DNA from: Synechocystis sp. PCC 6803 substr. PCC-P
GTDB taxonomy: Bacteria > Cyanobacteriota > Cyanobacteriia > Cyanobacteriales > Microcystaceae
Assembly: GCF_000284455.1 (NCBI RefSeq)
Contig: NC_017039.1
Coordinates: 1,620,001 to 1,652,000 of the forward strand
Direction of reading: 5' to 3'
Length of the DNA: 32,000 nt
A program made the position numbers and the translations under genes. Positions 1 through 8,635 of this stretch are shown here, piece by piece. The notes beneath the pieces are model-generated. The model was not told the DNA's origin and made no database searches. It saw only the letters and a list, made by a program, of their open reading frames with translations. Position 1 is the stretch's first letter; every line of letters starts with the position of its first letter.

Positions 1-909
1 GTGAATGATAATCACTCAACACGTTTGTATTTAAACAAAGTCAATATAATGACCCATCGTCAATCGCAACCAGTCATTGTTTATACGCCGGAGAGTCGTT
101 TACGGCATCCTGTTATTCTACTTCGGGAGATGAGACGGGATTTATTGGCGTCTCGCGGTCTGGCTTGGCAGTTGTTGGTGCGGGATATTAAGGCTCAGTA
201 TCGGCAGTCGTTGTTGGGGGTATTTTGGGCTTTTTTGCCACCGATTGTGACGGCGGTGGCGTTGTTGGTGGCGAAGGATGTGGGGGCGATCAATGTGGGG
301 GCAACGTCGATTCCTTATCCGGCCTATGTGATGTTTAGTATGGCGTTATGGCAAACGTTTGTGGAGGCCTTGAATGGCCCTGTGGCGGCGGTGGGGGCGG
401 CGAAACCGATGTTGGCGAAGATCAATTTCCCGAGGGAGGCGTTGATTTTGGCAAAGTTAGGGGAAGTATTTTTCAATTTTGGGATTAAGTTACTGTTGAT
501 TGTGGCTTTGTTTATCTGGTTTCGGATTCCGGTGAGTGAGATGGTGATCTTGGCGCCGGTGGCGTTAGTCCATTTGGTGGGGTTGGGGACGGGAATTGGG
601 TTATGGTTATCGCCGTTGGGGGCGTTGTATCAGGATATTGGCCGGGCAATTCCCTTGTTGATGACGCCTTGGTTGTTGTTAACGCCGGTAATTTATCCAC
701 CACCAACTAAGGGTTGGTTTAGTGTGTTGGTGAACTGGAATCCGGTGACGCCGTTGTTGGTAACGGTGCGGGATTTGGCGACGGTGGGGATGGTATCGGA
801 ACCAGCAGGGTTTTGGTGGGCTAGTGGGTTGATGGTAATTTTGCTGTTGTCAGGGTGGTTGTTTTACCGTTTGGCGATGCCGTTTATTGTTGAGCGCATG
901 AGTAGTTGA
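1..909 (+). CDS. ABC-2 type polysaccharide/O-antigen transporter permease (Wzm/RfbA-like); start may lie upstream of the window
   Basis: 302-aa ORF with an RHPVILLREMRRDLLASRGLAWQLLVRDIKAQYRQSLLG N-terminus and multiple hydrophobic segments, followed immediately by an ABC ATPase gene. Confidence 0.9.
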   Translation: MNDNHSTRLYLNKVNIMTHRQSQPVIVYTPESRLRHPVILLREMRRDLLASRGLAWQLLVRDIKAQYRQSLLGVFWAFLPPIVTAVALLVAKDVGAINVGATSIPYPAYVMFSMALWQTFVEALNGPVAAVGAAKPMLAKINFPREALILAKLGEVFFNFGIKLLLIVALFIWFRIPVSEMVILAPVALVHLVGLGTGIGLWLSPLGALYQDIGRAIPLLMTPWLLLTPVIYPPPTKGWFSVLVNWNPVTPLLVTVRDLATVGMVSEPAGFWWASGLMVILLLSGWLFYRLAMPFIVERMSS

Positions 910-1005
910 TCACTAAAGGCGTTGAAACAAGCCCTTAATGGGTAACGGTTTGTTACGGGTGTTAGGGGTTGGGGCTTGGTTGGGTATGCTGGTGGCTAAT
1001 GCTTT

Positions 1006-2121
1006 ATGGGAGTGGATGGGATGACCCAGGTGTTGCCAAGGCTGGAGCCGATCGCCGGCGGCGGTAGTGATGTGGTGCTGTCGGTGCAGGGGGTATCGAA
1101 GAAGTTTTGTCGTAGTCTGAAACGCTCTCTGTGGTATGGGGTGCAGGATATTGCGGCGGAGATGGTGGGGCGGGGTAGTCGTCGGGATCTGAGACCAGAT
1201 GAGTTTTGGGCGTTGAGGGATATTAGTTTTGAGTTGCGGCGGGGAGAGGCGTTGGGCTTAGTGGGGGCCAATGGCGCAGGGAAAACGACGCTGTTACGCA
1301 TTATTAGTGGTCTGATTAAGCCGGATGAGGGGGAGGTAAAAATTCGCGGACGGATTGCGCCGTTGATTGCGTTGGGGGCGGGGTTTAATCCAACCTTGAC
1401 GGGGAGGGAGAATATTTACACAAATATGTCGATTTTGGGGTTGACGAGGCAGGAAATTGATGATCGATTTGAGGATGTGGTGGCGTTTGCGGAGATTGGG
1501 GAGGCGTTGGATGCGCCGGTGCAGAGTTATAGTTCGGGGATGACGGCGCGGTTGGGGTTTGCTTGTGCAATTCATGTTGAACCAGAAATTTTATTGATTG
1601 ATGAAGTTTTAGCGGTTGGGGATATTAGGTTTCGGAGTAAGTGTTATGAACGTTTAACCGAATTACAAAAACATCAAGTTTCATTCATTCTAGTGACTCA
1701 CGCCGCTGATATGATTACTCGCATTTGTGAAACGGCTCTTTATCTCAAGAAGGGGCAACAAAGTCTATGGGATAAGTCAGAATTAGTGATGAAAACTTAC
1801 GATGATGATTTATTTGGAAATAATCAAGAGTCTAGTGATTTTTTTATAAATCAGGAACGTAAAATTTTGGAAATAACCGATGTTGGTCCCAAGAAAGATG
1901 CTGTTATTCGCTACATTGCTTTCGAGGATGAAAATGGTAATGTTCTTCCAGAGATTCGGTCTGGAGAAGGTATGCAACTTTGTATTGGTTGTCAAGTCAA
2001 TACCAAAATTGAAGATTTTAATGTAGGTTTGGGCATTCAAGGATTTTCTTTTGGGATGTTTGATAAAATTTTAGTCATGAATACATTCAGAATCGTTGAA
2101 TGGCACTTATGTACGACCTAA
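1006..2121 (+). pseudogene. Polysaccharide/O-antigen ABC transporter ATP-binding subunit (Wzt-like), 3' end truncated by an IS4-family element; native sequence ends near 2087
   Basis: Walker A GANGAGKTT, signature YSSGMTARLGFA, Walker B ILLIDEVLAVGD. The Wzt-type C-terminal domain stops just after GFSFGMFDKILVMNT, where the IS inverted repeat begins. Confidence 0.85.
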
Positions 2122-2724
2122 AAATAGACAGAATAATCCTACAGCAAAGCAAATTCATCACCTTAGTGCTAACTCCCTTAGCCAGTGTACATAGCTTATT
2201 TTTTCACACATGAAAGCCTGTAAATAACGTAGTTTGTCTAACATTGTTGTACCTGCTTCTTTTGGGATTACCAGTAATTTTAGTATTAAATAAGCAATTA
2301 TACAGGTATAGATTTGAATCCCAATTGCATTCTCATTTTTGGCAATCAGTCTATTCAGCTTTAAGTGCATTTTTAAGAATTTCCATAAAAATTCTATTTG
2401 CCATCTTTTTTTATAAATTTCTGCTATTTTTTCATCACTAACTCCTTCTATTTCTTTACTTTCTATAGGTAAATTTGTAACCAATCTAAACTCTGAATTA
2501 TCATGGGTGAATATTACCACTCTACTCTCTATTTTATTCTTTCCAGTTCCAACCATATAGTTATCATTGGCTAATTTTTCTAGCTTTATATTATTCTTTA
2601 TTCTTAATACATGATATTTGTTATTCTCCTTTTGTAATCTCTTGATTCTCTGTAAGTCACAAAATCCTCTATCCATTACTGCTACTCCATTTTCTGGAGT
2701 CTCTTCTATTGTTTCATTCCCATA

Positions 2725-3671
2725 TAGTAGTTTCAAATAAAGCTGAGACGCTAAACGCCACAGTAAGAACGGATAATTTCATCAAGAGACGTGTCAATAG
2801 GAGCGTACATTCTAGCTCGTTTCAAGGCACTAAAGTCATGCTCAATATCATTTAAATCAGGAGAATATTTCGGCAAAAAAAGAACTTCATGACCTGCTTC
2901 TTTAGCCAATTCTTTAATGGCAGTTTTACGATGAATAGGAGCATTATCCATTATTAATATTGATGGAATGTCGAGGGAGGATAGCAAATATAATTTTAAC
3001 CATCCTTCAAAGCCTTCTGCATTCAAACTCCCGGTAAAAACCATCGGCGCAATCAAATCTTTTTTTCCTTTTCTTCTCCCTGCTACTAGATTTTCTCTGA
3101 CTCCCCTTTTTCCTTGTCTATCTCCATAAACTTTTTTTCCTTTTTTTGACCAGGCATAAATACAAGCCTGGATTGCTTCGAATCCAGATTCATCTATGTA
3201 AACTATAGCTTGACTACCATAGAGCTTAATTAGTTCTCTTAACATTCTATAGTACTTAACTCGTTCCTCCCGGTTTCTTTCTCGATAACGTAGTTCTTTT
3301 TTTTTTCTGTTTATTTTCATTTTCTTTAATGCGTAATATACGGCACTCGGCCTCACTCCAAATTTCTTGGCTCTGTCTATCAATCTTGCATCGGGATTTT
3401 CTTCTACGTCTTTTTTTAGAGCTTCCCAGTCTAATTTCCTATGGCGACGCTCTACTTTTGTTGGGCTTAAATCTACTCTATTTAACCATCTGTATATCGA
3501 GGCTTTTCCTATTTTATATATCTTGGAAGCCTCAGTTATTTTTCCTCCAGCTTCTATATAAGCTACTACTCTTTGCCTCAAATCTAAACTGTAAGCCATT
3601 GTTTAAACCTGTTCATTTTGTACACTCCATAATTTTACATTAAATTCTCTCATCGTTAATTGAAATGACTA
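2725..3671. mobile_element. ISY100-like IS630/Tc1/mariner insertion sequence, 947 bp, with flanking TA duplication (2723-2724 and 3672-3673)
   Basis: TA-TAGTAGTTTCAAATAAA ... TTGAAATGACTA-TA. Ends match the second copy at 5121-6066. Intact 282-aa transposase. Confidence 0.93.
2751..3599 (-). CDS. IS630-family transposase, full length (282 aa)
   Basis: HTH region GGKITEASKIYKIGKASIYRWL, plus catalytic-type regions YIDESGFE, ILIMDNAPIHRK and LPKYSPDLNDIEHDFSALK. Confidence 0.93.
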   Translation of the reverse strand: MAYSLDLRQRVVAYIEAGGKITEASKIYKIGKASIYRWLNRVDLSPTKVERRHRKLDWEALKKDVEENPDARLIDRAKKFGVRPSAVYYALKKMKINRKKKELRYRERNREERVKYYRMLRELIKLYGSQAIVYIDESGFEAIQACIYAWSKKGKKVYGDRQGKRGVRENLVAGRRKGKKDLIAPMVFTGSLNAEGFEGWLKLYLLSSLDIPSILIMDNAPIHRKTAIKELAKEAGHEVLFLPKYSPDLNDIEHDFSALKRARMYAPIDTSLDEIIRSYCGV

Positions 3672-4147
3672 TATTTATTATCATGACCTTGTCCAAAGTG
3701 AATTACTATTCCCCCCGGAATCCCTGTTGATAAGTTAATCCCACTGAATACTTTTACCTGATGAAATCCAAGGTTCCACATCAACTTACTAGTTATGCTG
3801 ACAATGGTTGAATCGAGAGGAAATATTTCTAATTCTCCCTGCTTAATTTCCTTCCTTTTCGACAATTCCTTTTTTAAGGAAAATATTATTTCTCTAAAAA
3901 CTCCCACATCCCTTTTTTTGCTTGCCTTTGAGAATGTAGATATATCGACTGTCTCTCCTCGTAAGTTCAGTCTTTTAAACATACTCCTCATGCTTGTCTG
4001 GCTCTGGTCTAACACTAATCCTAACCAGATACTCACAAACTTAAATGTGTCTAATACTGGGTAGTCATCTTTAGGAAAATTAGATAGATAAGTTTTGACA
4101 ATATGTCCAAAATTTGATATCATCGCTTCAATTATTCTAATATTTCT

Positions 4148-4181
4148 GCCCTTTATTCTATCATTTTAAAGGGCTTTTTTT
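4148..4181 (+). terminator. Hairpin plus T-tract just inside the IS4-family element end
   Basis: GCCCTTTA (4148-4155) pairs with TAAAGGGC (4167-4174), followed by T7 (4175-4181). Confidence 0.6.
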
Positions 4182-4210
4182 CTCTTTATAACTATCGTTC
4201 AACACTTCTG

Positions 4211-4660
4211 ATAGAAACCTTACAACAATTGGCTGGTAGTGACTTAAAAATTTATTTGGAAAATAATGTTTTGTTGAATTACACGCAAAAACTCTATGCA
4301 CCAGAAAATCCCTTACTGATGACTGACTATCAAGGTTATTTAGAACTACAGCAGTATCTAAATTTTAACTTATTATTAGATGTTGCTCACTTAAAAGTAA
4401 GTTGTAATTCATTAGGTTTAAATTTTGATGAACAACTTGATAAACTTCTTCCCCTTTCTAATTATGTTCATTTGAGTGATAACGATGGAAAACATGACCA
4501 AAATCAAGGATTTACTCAAGACGGTGAACTCCTACATAAACTGAAAAAATATGATTTTACAGGTAAAACAATCACCTTAGAGATTTATCATCAGGTTGAA
4601 ACAATTCAAGAACAATATCAATTAATTAAACAGGAGTTAGGATTGACTCATGATAGTTAA
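4211..4660 (+). pseudogene. Sugar phosphate isomerase/epimerase-like (xylose isomerase-like TIM barrel) protein, 5' end missing
   Basis: The reading frame reads straight out of the IS end as IETLQQLAGSDLKIYLENN...LLDVAHLKVSCNSLG...YVHLSDNDGKHDQ...TITLEIYHQ. The LEN, D-AH and H-sD motifs fit this family. No native N-terminus is present. Confidence 0.7.
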
Positions 4661-5120
4661 CCACGATAAACAAATCAACGCCATGAGTTTGCTCGCTAAC
4701 AGTACCATTCGGCAAACCATGCAAGCCATCGATCAAGGAGGGTTAGGAACAGCCTTACTCATTGATCCTGATACCGAATATTTTGTCGGCTTAGTCACTG
4801 ATGGCGATATTCGGCGGGCTTTGCTTAAGGGATTGGGTTTAGAATCTCCAATCTCTCAGGTAAGTCGCCCTGCTTCCATAACTGCCCGTTTAGGCATGAC
4901 TCCTAGCGAAATTGCTGCCTTGTTCAGTCAGCCTGTGCGGATTGTTCCCTTACTGGATGACCAAGGAAAAGTTGCAGATATAGCCATTTTTGACAAAAGA
5001 ATTCGCTTACCTGTCGCTGAACCCTCTTTAGGCGAAAAAGAACTTGCCTATGTCAATGAATGCATGTTAACGGGCTGGGTATCGTCCGCCGGAAAATTTG
5101 TTACCCGCTTTGAAGATTTA

Positions 5121-6066
5121 TAGTCATTTCAATTAACGATGAGAGAATTTAATGTAAAATTATGGAGTGTACAAAATGAACAGGTTTAAACAATGGCTTA
5201 CAGTTTAGATTTAAGGCAAAGGGTAGTAGCTTATATAGAAGCTGGAGGAAAAATAACTGAGGCTTCCAAGATATATAAAATAGGAAAAGCCTCGATATAC
5301 AGATGGTTAAATAGAGTAGATTTAAGCCCAACAAAAGTAGAGCGTCGCCATAGGAAATTAGACTGGGAAGCTCTAAAAAAAGACGTAGAAGAAAATCCCG
5401 ATGCAAGATTGATAGACAGAGTCAAGAAATTTGGAGTGAGGCCGAGTGCCGTATATTACGCATTAAAGAAAATGAAAATAAACAGAAAAAAAAAGAACTA
5501 CGTTATCGAGAAAGAAACCGGGAGGAACGAGTTAAGTACTATAGAATGTTAAGAGAACTAATTAAGCTCTATGGTAGTCAAGCTATAGTTTACATAGATG
5601 AATCTGGATTCGAAGCAATCCAGGCTTGTATTTATGCCTGGTCAAAAAAAGGAAAAAAAGTTTATGGAGATAGACAAGGAAAAAGGGGAGTCAGAGAAAA
5701 TCTAGTAGCAGGGAGAAGAAAAGGAAAAAAAGATTTGATTGCGCCGATGGTTTTTACCGGGAGTTTGAATGCAGAAGGCTTTGAAGGATGGTTAAAATTA
5801 TATTTGCTACCCTCCCTCGACATTCCATCAATATTAATAATGGATAATGCTCCTATTCATCGTAAAACTGCCATTAAAGAATTGGCTAAAGAAGCAGGTC
5901 ATGAAGTTCTTTTTTTGCCGAAATATTCTCCTGATTTAAATGATATTGAGCATGACTTTAGTGCCTTGAAACGAGCTAGAATGTACGCTCCTATTGACAC
6001 GTCTCTTGATGAAATTATCCGTTCTTACTGTGGCGTTTAGCGTCTCAGCTTTATTTGAAACTACTA
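5121..6066. mobile_element. ISY100-like IS630/Tc1/mariner insertion sequence, 946 bp, with flanking TA duplication (5119-5120 and 6067-6068)
   Basis: TA-TAGTCATTTCAATTAACG ... TTTGAAACTACTA-TA. Near-identical to the copy at 2725-3671, in opposite orientation. Confidence 0.94.
5193..6040 (+). pseudogene. IS630-family transposase in two frames (119 aa + 164 aa), A9 instead of A10; could be rescued by -1 frameshifting
   Basis: ORFs 5193-5552 and 5546-6040 together match the intact 282-aa copy. The frame changes at A9G (5486-5495). Confidence 0.85.
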
Positions 6067-7066
6067 TATTTGCTGAATTTTGCGGAACAAAATATGCAGT
6101 AGCAGTTAGCAGTGGTACTGCCGCGTTGCATTTGGCTCTCCTCGCCTTAAATATTGGTGCCGGTGATGAGGTAATTGTTCCAACGTTAAGTTTTATCGCT
6201 ACGGCTAATGCAGTTACTTACACAGGAGCTAAACCCATTTTTGTGGATAGTGAATGGGAAACATGGAATATTAACCCTGATTTAATTGAAGCTGCCATTA
6301 CTCCTCGCACCAAAGCCATCATGCCCGTTCATCTCTATGGACATCCTGCGAAAATGGACAAAATTCTCGATATTGCTCAACGCTATCATTTAGCTGTGAT
6401 TGAAGATGCAGCAGAAGCTCACGGCGCAACTTATCAGGGAAAAACCGTTGGAAGCTTAGGAGATTTGGGGATTTTTAGCTTTTATGGTAATAAAATTGTA
6501 ACCACAGGGGAAGGCGGCATGATAGTTACTGATGACGAAGAATTAGCACAAAAAATTCGTATTCTCAAAGACCATGGAATGTCGAAAAAACAAAGATACT
6601 GGCATCCTATTTTAGGATATAACTACCGCATAACTAATATTCAGGCAGCTTTAGGAGTTGCTCAAATGGAGCGAATTAATAAAATACCTGAGGCTAAACG
6701 ACGCATTGCCCAACTGTATGAACAAGAATTGTTACAAATTCAAGGCTTAACTTTACCTCCGCGTCAACCCTGGGCAGAAAGCGTCTTTTGGTTATACACG
6801 ATTTTAATTAATCAGGACAAACTGGAATTAAATCGAGATCAATTAATGTCGAGGTTGCAAGAAAAAGGAATTGAAACCAGACCTTTGTTTATTCCTATTC
6901 ATCGTCAGCCCATTTATAACACTCATCAGTCATTACCTGTAGCTGAATCATTAAGCAAGAATGGGTTAAGTTTACCTAGTTTTGTTACCTTGTCTAATGA
7001 AAATCTTTATCAAATTATAGACTCGATTAAAAAAGTTATCAGTTAACCCTCAAAACAAGAAAGATC

Positions 7067-8635
7067 ATGTTCATGCAGAAAATACAAGCCAAATTTTACT
7101 CTTTAAAAACTAGACTAATTAATAAATTTATTAGGCTATCTCCTTGGTGTTATGATATTTACTATCGCTATTTTACTTCTTGGCAACAAGGCTCAATTAA
7201 GGGAATATATTTACACCCATCATGGAAAAAAAATGCAAATCATGTTCTCATATTTACTCAGCGATATTGGCTAATTCATACAGCAGTGGAAAGTGCTTTT
7301 GCCAAAGAACTTCAAACACAAGGTTGGAATGTAACAGTTGTAGGATGTGATCAAGCCATAAGAACTTGTGATAATATGATGTATGGTCAAACCTTAGAAA
7401 CAAAACCCTTAACACATCAGTGTAGTTACTGCTCTTATCTATTAAAGAAACTTTGTCAAAGAGTGGGAGTGAATTATATTTCTATTCGTGAATATTTAGA
7501 AAGAAATCCTGTTCAATCTGATAGTTTGCCATACCGAGACTATGAAAAAATTGTTTGGTGTTCATGGGTAAGATTGTTAAGAAGTCAACATCCTCAAGAG
7601 CAAGAAGAATTTGCTCTGCGTCATTCTCTAGTAGAAAGTTGTCAAACAATTGATCGATTTTTAACCCATTATTTAGAACATAACAAAGTAGATCAAGTAA
7701 TTATGTTAAATGGCAAGTTTTTTGCTGAACAACTTTTGAGAGAACATTGTCACGAAAAAGATATTCCTTATATTTCCTATGAAAAGGGAACGTTTAAGGA
7801 AACTCTGGTATTTGCCAAAAATAAAGCGGCTATCCCTTATCCAACCTTAGAAAAATGGCAACAACGAAAAGATATTCCTTTAACCCAAGAACAAAAACAA
7901 CGATTGTATGGGTATCTAGAACAAAGAAAAGTGGTTGGTAATGCTGGAATTGTTCCGTTATATTCAACCATGACTGAAGATCAAAAGCAACTTAGTCTTA
8001 AGTATGGAATTGATTTAACTAAAGATATAGTAGTCCTATTTACTAATGTCATTTGGGATTCTTCTGTTGTTTTAGAAGACACGATTTTTTCTAATATTTT
8101 TGAATGGATAACTACAGTAATTAATTTTTATATAAAAAATCAGGATACCCAATTGATTATTAGAATCCATCCTGCTGAAATCAAGATATCTCCACAGCAG
8201 CAAACCCGAGACAAAGTTCAAGATTTTATTCAATCAAAATTCCCTACTTTACCTAGTAATATTATTGTGATATCACCTCAAGATGACGCGAGTCCATATA
8301 CTTTAATGAATTTGGCAAAAATTGGATTGGTTTATACTTCTACTACTGGATTAGAAATGGCTTTAAAAGAAAAACCTGTAATAGTTTGTAGTAATACTCA
8401 TTATGCCAATACAGAGTTCGTTTACACACCTTTAAATACAAAAGAATTTTTAATCTTTTTGAGTCAAAATTTGCAACTACGCAATCAACAGTTAATTTAC
8501 GCCGAAAGATATGCTTATATGCTGTATTTTGAATATATGATTCCTTATTCAAATTGGATTAATCAAAAAAATGCCAATTACAAATTCAAAACCGCTATAT
8601 CTGAAATGAATCTTCTAAGGCAGGCGGAATTATGA
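7067..8635 (+). CDS. Capsule/surface polysaccharide biosynthesis protein (KpsC/KpsS-like or related glycosyltransferase-like)
   Basis: 522-aa ORF in the cluster. C-terminal region IIRIHPAEIK...LAKIGLVYTSTTGLEMALKEKPVIV resembles capsule-type transferase motifs. Confidence 0.55.
   Translation: MFMQKIQAKFYSLKTRLINKFIRLSPWCYDIYYRYFTSWQQGSIKGIYLHPSWKKNANHVLIFTQRYWLIHTAVESAFAKELQTQGWNVTVVGCDQAIRTCDNMMYGQTLETKPLTHQCSYCSYLLKKLCQRVGVNYISIREYLERNPVQSDSLPYRDYEKIVWCSWVRLLRSQHPQEQEEFALRHSLVESCQTIDRFLTHYLEHNKVDQVIMLNGKFFAEQLLREHCHEKDIPYISYEKGTFKETLVFAKNKAAIPYPTLEKWQQRKDIPLTQEQKQRLYGYLEQRKVVGNAGIVPLYSTMTEDQKQLSLKYGIDLTKDIVVLFTNVIWDSSVVLEDTIFSNIFEWITTVINFYIKNQDTQLIIRIHPAEIKISPQQQTRDKVQDFIQSKFPTLPSNIIVISPQDDASPYTLMNLAKIGLVYTSTTGLEMALKEKPVIVCSNTHYANTEFVYTPLNTKEFLIFLSQNLQLRNQQLIYAERYAYMLYFEYMIPYSNWINQKNANYKFKTAISEMNLLRQAEL

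Larger units (their letters stand above)
2158..4123 (-). pseudogene. IS4-family DDE transposase interrupted by an ISY100-like element. Joining 4123..3674 to 2724..2158 restores a 338-aa ORF
   Basis: N-terminal half ...FPLDSTIVS...GQGHDNKY and C-terminal half GNETIEE...VAVMDRGF...YKKRWQIEFLWKFLK (Y-(2)-R-(3)-E-(6)-K-like motif). 450+567=1017 nt, in frame. Confidence 0.88.
2088..4210. mobile_element. IS4-family insertion sequence (ISY203-like), about 1174 bp once the nested ISY100-like element and its TA duplication are removed
   Basis: Imperfect terminal inverted repeats CAGAATCGTTGAATGGCACTTAT (2088-2110) and the reverse complement of 4188-4210, CAGAAGTGTTGAACGATAGTTAT, 17/23 matches. They enclose a DDE transposase split by the nested IS. 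Confidence 0.85.
4650..7046 (+). pseudogene. CBS-domain pair fused to a DegT/DnrJ/EryC1/StrS PLP-dependent sugar aminotransferase (perosamine synthetase-like), interrupted by an ISY100-like element at 5121-6066
   Basis: CBS part: GTALLIDPDTEYFVGLVTDGDIRRALL. Aminotransferase part: FCGTKYAVAVSSGTAALHLALLAL...IEDAAEAHGATYQGKTVGSLGDLGIFSFYGNKIVTTGEGG. Removing the IS and one TA gives RFEDLFAEFCGTK in frame, 482 aa in total. Confidence 0.92.

Noticed and set aside
512-706. Minus-strand ORF opposite the permease gene
   Set aside because: Low-complexity P/T-rich shadow ORF caused by the G/T-rich sense strand. Same for 996-1301, 1294-1575 and 1385-1570.
1810-2040. Minus-strand ORF opposite the 3' part of the ATPase gene
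   Set aside because: Antisense to a clear coding region with no recognisable domain.
2244-2441. Plus-strand hydrophobic ORF inside the IS4 transposase
   Set aside because: Shadow of the transposase coding strand. The same applies to 3329-3643, 3367-3561, 3795-4064, 5149-5406 and 5231-5425, which recur identically in both IS copies only because the IS recurs.
4229-4660. Intact 143-aa gene starting at TTG 4229
   Set aside because: The frame continues upstream to the IS end with family-like sequence, and the fold needs a longer N-terminus. Treated as a 5'-truncated gene.
2725-6066. The two inverted ISY100-like copies acting as a composite transposon carrying 3672-5120
   Set aside because: Each copy has its own flanking TA duplication, and the two sites sit in unrelated interrupted genes. 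This indicates independent insertions rather than one composite unit.
8343-8552. Minus-strand ORF opposite the 7067-8635 gene
   Set aside because: Antisense to a well-supported cluster gene, no motif.
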